This document shows positions 61,201 to 64,000 of a stretch of DNA of 64,000 nt, piece by piece (the first letter of the stretch is position 1; each line of letters opens with the position of its first letter). The notes under the pieces are model-generated. The model was not told where the DNA came from. It did no database searches and saw only the letters and a list, made by a program, of their open reading frames with translations. The DNA comes from Cyanophyceae cyanobacterium (GTDB lineage Bacteria; Cyanobacteriota; Cyanobacteriia; Cyanobacteriales; Laspinemataceae). The position numbers and the translations under genes are program-made. The DNA is taken from NCBI GenBank assembly GCA_038321985.1, contig JBBQFN010000003.1, positions 96,001 through 160,000 on the forward strand. The letters run 5' to 3'.

Positions 61201-62280
61201 CTTCTCAAGTGCGATCTCGTCGGCATGAACGATAACTTCTTTGACTTAGGCGGCGATTCCCTCCTCGCCGTCCGACTCCTCACTCAAGTTAACCATCAAT
61301 TCCAACAACAATTACCCGTCTCTACCCTCTTCCTCCACCCCACCCTAGAAGGATTAGCCGATTGTCTGTTTTCCGAACTGGGCACTCTCCCCTGTTCGCC
61401 CTTAGTTCCCATTCAACCTCACGGAAAAAATCCCCCCTTTTTCTGCATTCACCCCATTTTAGGGGTTGTTTTTCCTTATTACGAGTTAGCCTTTCATCTG
61501 GGAAAAAATCAACCCTTTTATGCCTTGCAACCCCAAGGGATAGAAGGCAAGCATCCTCCCTTAACCCGGATTGAAGACATGGCAGCTTATTATATAAAAG
61601 CTATGCGAACGATACAACCCCAAGGACCTTATTTCTTAGGCGGCTGGTCTTTTGGTGGTTTAGTAGCCTTTGAAATGGCGCAACAATTAGAAAAAGCGGG
61701 TCATCAAGTAGGGTTACTAGCGGTGTTGGATACCCTCGCCCCAGTTGCGACAAATCAACCCTCTCTCTGGCAGGGGGGTAAATTTTTGTTAACCACCGCA
61801 GCCAGTTCGATTTGGCCGTTTTTGCGGGATTATTTTTATTTAATGAGTCAAGGAAACAAGCGGGATGGAGAGGAATTTAACCCCCGTAGCGATCGCCTCC
61901 ATCCAGGAGTTTCCCCTCTCACCCATCTTTTACACCGTTACTTAGCCAAAACCAGCCTTGCTGAATCCTTACATCCCGCATCCGATCGCCGCATCTTGCG
62001 GGAAGTCGCCTTGCGCCCCCTCTTACCCATTTTTCAAGCCAACAGCCAAGCGGTTCTTCACTATAAACCCTCCCTTTATCCCCACCGCATCACCCTGATT
62101 GCCTCCAGCGATCGGGCGATTGCCGCAGATCCGGATCCAGCCTTGGGCTGGGGCCAACTCACGACGCAACCCGTAGACGTGATTCGGATTCCCGGCAACC
62201 ATCTAACCATGCTGAGAAAGCCCCAGGTACAGCAACTCGCCTATCGGCTACTGGAATGTTTAGAACAGACATCTATATAA
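58213..62280 (+). CDS. Terminal NRPS C-A-T-TE; code DAFAIAAVWK (Phe/Tyr-like)
   Basis: HHIVADG, A-domain core motifs, LGGDSL, thioesterase GWSFGG and GNH. Confidence 0.93.
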   Translation: MSLKAEEILINMNPETEVFVFPASFAQQRLWFLNQLAPDNPFYNVSAAIQLTGTLNLPVLEQSFNEIVRRHETLRTTFTLLEGQVVQVISPELTLCVNAIALHDLPQPKRDQEAQRLATLATEKPFDLTTGPLLRIAVLQLSEIKSILLLNFHHIVADGWSIGTFLGELGTLYTAFTNQQPSPLPDLPLQYADFTEWQHQWLQGELLETQLNYWQQQLQNLPILNLPTTRPRPPIPSYRGGKQQFALSRALTASIKRLSQQAETTLFMTLLAAFNILLYRYTGQTDIAVGSPIANRNRQEIEGLIGFFVNSLVLRTDLSENPTFEELLSQVKSVAVAAYANQDVPFEKLVELLHPERDLSQNPLFQVSFSLQNTPTAALELPGITLSLLDWDIATAKLDLEFNLWEEFDQIQGQVIYSTDLFEERTITRWMGHFQTLLAEIVTEPNQRISDLPILSAAERDCLLIEFNSPPLQSLHQNLPQSHSFLHLFEENVRRSPDSIALVFAEQSLTYRQLHQQSNQLARYLQQVGVKPEVLVGLCLPPSIEAVTCILGILKAGGVYLYCDPNYPPERLNFILTDAEVSLVLTRSPFVPPLTPKQVSILDLDQNQTAIAYQSPENLIYPITPNSLVYVIYTSGSTGKPKGVLIEHRGLYNLIIAQHQIFNIPKNSRVLQFASFSFDASIFEIVMALSTGTTLYLADAESRYGGTALMKLLSDSAITHAALTPTVLATLPPLELPALHTLISAGEPCSAALAKRWVGQCYFFNAYGPTEVTVWATFAQITDTTQNPPIGRPIPNTQVYLLDANLQPVPIGIPGELCIGGEGVARGYLNRQELTHQRFISHSFSPQQRPILYKTGDLARYQPNGNLEFLGRIDHQVKIHGYRIELGEIEAVIPQYSGVKEARVVALDEGETRQLVAYILPQRNQEINLSELRSFLKKMLPEYMIPQAFIVLDSLPLTDRGKIDRDRLPSPETPTHRRFIAPRNPSEAALAQIWATLLKCDLVGMNDNFFDLGGDSLLAVRLLTQVNHQFQQQLPVSTLFLHPTLEGLADCLFSELGTLPCSPLVPIQPHGKNPPFFCIHPILGVVFPYYELAFHLGKNQPFYALQPQGIEGKHPPLTRIEDMAAYYIKAMRTIQPQGPYFLGGWSFGGLVAFEMAQQLEKAGHQVGLLAVLDTLAPVATNQPSLWQGGKFLLTTAASSIWPFLRDYFYLMSQGNKRDGEEFNPRSDRLHPGVSPLTHLLHRYLAKTSLAESLHPASDRRILREVALRPLLPIFQANSQAVLHYKPSLYPHRITLIASSDRAIAADPDPALGWGQLTTQPVDVIRIPGNHLTMLRKPQVQQLAYRLLECLEQTSI

Positions 62281-62679
62281 GGAGGAATCATCAGGGATAG
62301 GCAAGTCAATCCGTTATTCCCTAGGGTGTCACCCCGGTTAAAACCTATCCCGCCTAAGTTTTGGACTAAATTTGAAGTTTCGGAAAACGGACCTAAAGTG
62401 GCTCCCCGCTTAGGGAATCCGCCGGATTATCAACACCTCCCTTGTCAGCCAAACTCCCCCATTTCCCCCCGGTTCCCAACTCTTCAACCTCATCAATAAT
62501 TTCCACAAACAAAAAGACTAACCGACCTTGGGGCAGTATGTTAAAGTAGTGTAGAAAAATCTGATTCAGTAATGAGTTTTGCTATTTGCTCCAGAATTGC
62601 CCCCGGATCAATCCGAATCGGCTTCGTCGGCAGGTACTTCTGATGAAACTGAATCCCTTTAAACTTTTGGAGGCTTCCC

Positions 62680-63018
62680 ATGTCGATTTATGTAGGCAAT
62701 CTATCCTACGATGTCACCGAACAAGACCTAAACAGCGTTTTCGCTGAATATGGAACGGTGAAACGAGTTAACCTTCCCACGGACCGCGAAACGGGGCGTC
62801 CACGAGGCTTTGGTTTTGTTGAAATGGACACCGATGCAGAAGAAACCGCGGCCATTGAAGCGCTTGATGGCGCTGAGTGGATGGGTCGAGATCTGAAGGT
62901 AAACAAAGCAAAACCCCGCGATGACAAACGCGGCGGCGGTGGCGGCGGCGGCGGTGGCGGTGGTAACCGCGGACGCGGCGGTTACGGCGGCGGCGGCGGC
63001 GGCGGCGGTTACAGATAA
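62680..63018 (+). CDS. rbp: RRM RNA-binding protein with Gly-rich tail
   Basis: SIYVGNL (RNP2), RGFGFVEM (RNP1), poly-Gly tail. Confidence 0.95.
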   Translation: MSIYVGNLSYDVTEQDLNSVFAEYGTVKRVNLPTDRETGRPRGFGFVEMDTDAEETAAIEALDGAEWMGRDLKVNKAKPRDDKRGGGGGGGGGGGNRGRGGYGGGGGGGGYR

Positions 63019-63267
63019 TTCTCGGGATCCTAATCAATAGCAGGATAGAGGTGTCTGAGAATAAGCTGGCATCATTTCGCCAGGACATCTCCTCATCTGC
63101 ATACTTTGATATTAGAAACTCACCCTGGCGTGCGGGCTATCATTAACCCTGTTAGGGCCTAATACAGATAGGCCGCAATTTTTGCTGGCCTCAAGTAAAA
63201 TAAGAACTGTAAAGTTCTGACTTGAGGCTATCTCATAGCCAATGGACCTCTAGTAAAAGGAGTAGGA

Positions 63268-63447
63268 ATGACCCAAGTTTTAGTCGGAGAAAGCGAAGGC
63301 ATTGAATCAGCCTTACGTCGTTTTAAACGGCAAGTCTCACGAGCGGGGATCCTCGCCGATGTAAAGTGCCGTCGCCATTTTGAAACCCCGCAGGAAAAGC
63401 GTAAACGCAAGGCAAGCGCTGCGCGACGCAAGAGACGTTATCCTTAA
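63268..63447 (+). CDS. rpsU: 30S ribosomal protein S21 (59 aa, not in the ORF track)
   Basis: [48 protein letters not shown]. Confidence 0.95.
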   Translation: MTQVLVGESEGIESALRRFKRQVSRAGILADVKCRRHFETPQEKRKRKASAARRKRRYP

Positions 63448-63715
63448 TTAAAACGGCAGTCGCCGTATATGTACTTTTGGTTGGTGTTGGCCGTCCACAC
63501 TTGCTAGTCCTTCCGGAAATATCCAGGCGCTATTAAGCGCAAGGCTGGCTGTGGGCGGCTTTCTTCCCGTTTACAGACCTCGAATTTTGATCCGGTGACT
63601 GACATCCCGGGAAAAAAAGGGTGGGATTTTACCCGACTAACTTAGGGCAAAATAAGGAGAAATCAGGGCTATCATCTTTTCATATTTTCTGTCTTATAAC
63701 TCTTTAACAAATCTG

Positions 63716-64000
63716 ATGAATACTGATGAACTTCTCAATCGCTACAGAGAAGGAGAACGAGATTTTACAGGGGTAGATCTCCGACATTGTTATCTCTATC
63801 GTGCTCATTTACCCGAAATAAACTTAGCCGGTGCTAACCTCACAGATGCGAATTTGGGTCGGGCTAATCTCAACGGAGCCAATCTGAGTAGAGCAAATTT
63901 AACGGATGCTAAATTGACCGCAACGCTCTTGAAAAAAGCCAATCTCAGCGATGCCTTGCTGTGCCGTGCCAATCTGATGTTTGCTCAACTCGGACAAGCG
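63716..64000 (+). CDS. Pentapeptide-repeat protein (runs off the window end)
   Basis: MNTDELLNRYREGERDF followed by A(N/D)L.. repeats. Confidence 0.88.
   Translation, partial: MNTDELLNRYREGERDFTGVDLRHCYLYRAHLPEINLAGANLTDANLGRANLNGANLSRANLTDAKLTATLLKKANLSDALLCRANLMFAQLGQA

Noticed and set aside
62930..63010. GGC triplet repeats
   Set aside because: They encode the normal Gly-rich tail of the Rbp protein

Overview
Chromosomal window from a filamentous cyanobacterium (dense HIP1 GCGATCGC sites, Oscillatoriales-like gene content; the taxon is inferred). 1-28.7 kb is mostly housekeeping and envelope genes (SLH/M23 peptidase, UbiH-like hydroxylase, rsgA, recA, xseA, MscS, CbbY, mraY, glycosyltransferases) ending at tRNA-Phe. 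An accessory region follows: a tyrosine integrase split by a candidate programmed -1 frameshift, an IS701-like remnant, a WYL/TIGR03985 gene, a type III-A CRISPR-Cas locus (csx3-ATPase, HD-less cas10, csm2-5, cas6, two CARF proteins, vapBC and an Rpn gene, a dead cas1, cas2, an 11-repeat array), a three-gene NRPS (predicted Ile / N-Me-Leu / aromatic residue), then rbp, rpsU and a pentapeptide-repeat gene. The main candidate novel system is a ~1.2 kb cassette between the WYL gene and csx3. It holds a one-spacer mini-CRISPR with its own promoter and terminator. The predicted crRNA is antisense to the 5' leader of a divergent orphan 124-aa ORF, with mismatches at Cas7-flipped positions and a partial anti-tag. 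A densely structured RNA follows the ORF. This resembles an RNA-level, type III version of a CRISPR-repressed toxin/addiction module. All family calls are by eye; no searches were run.
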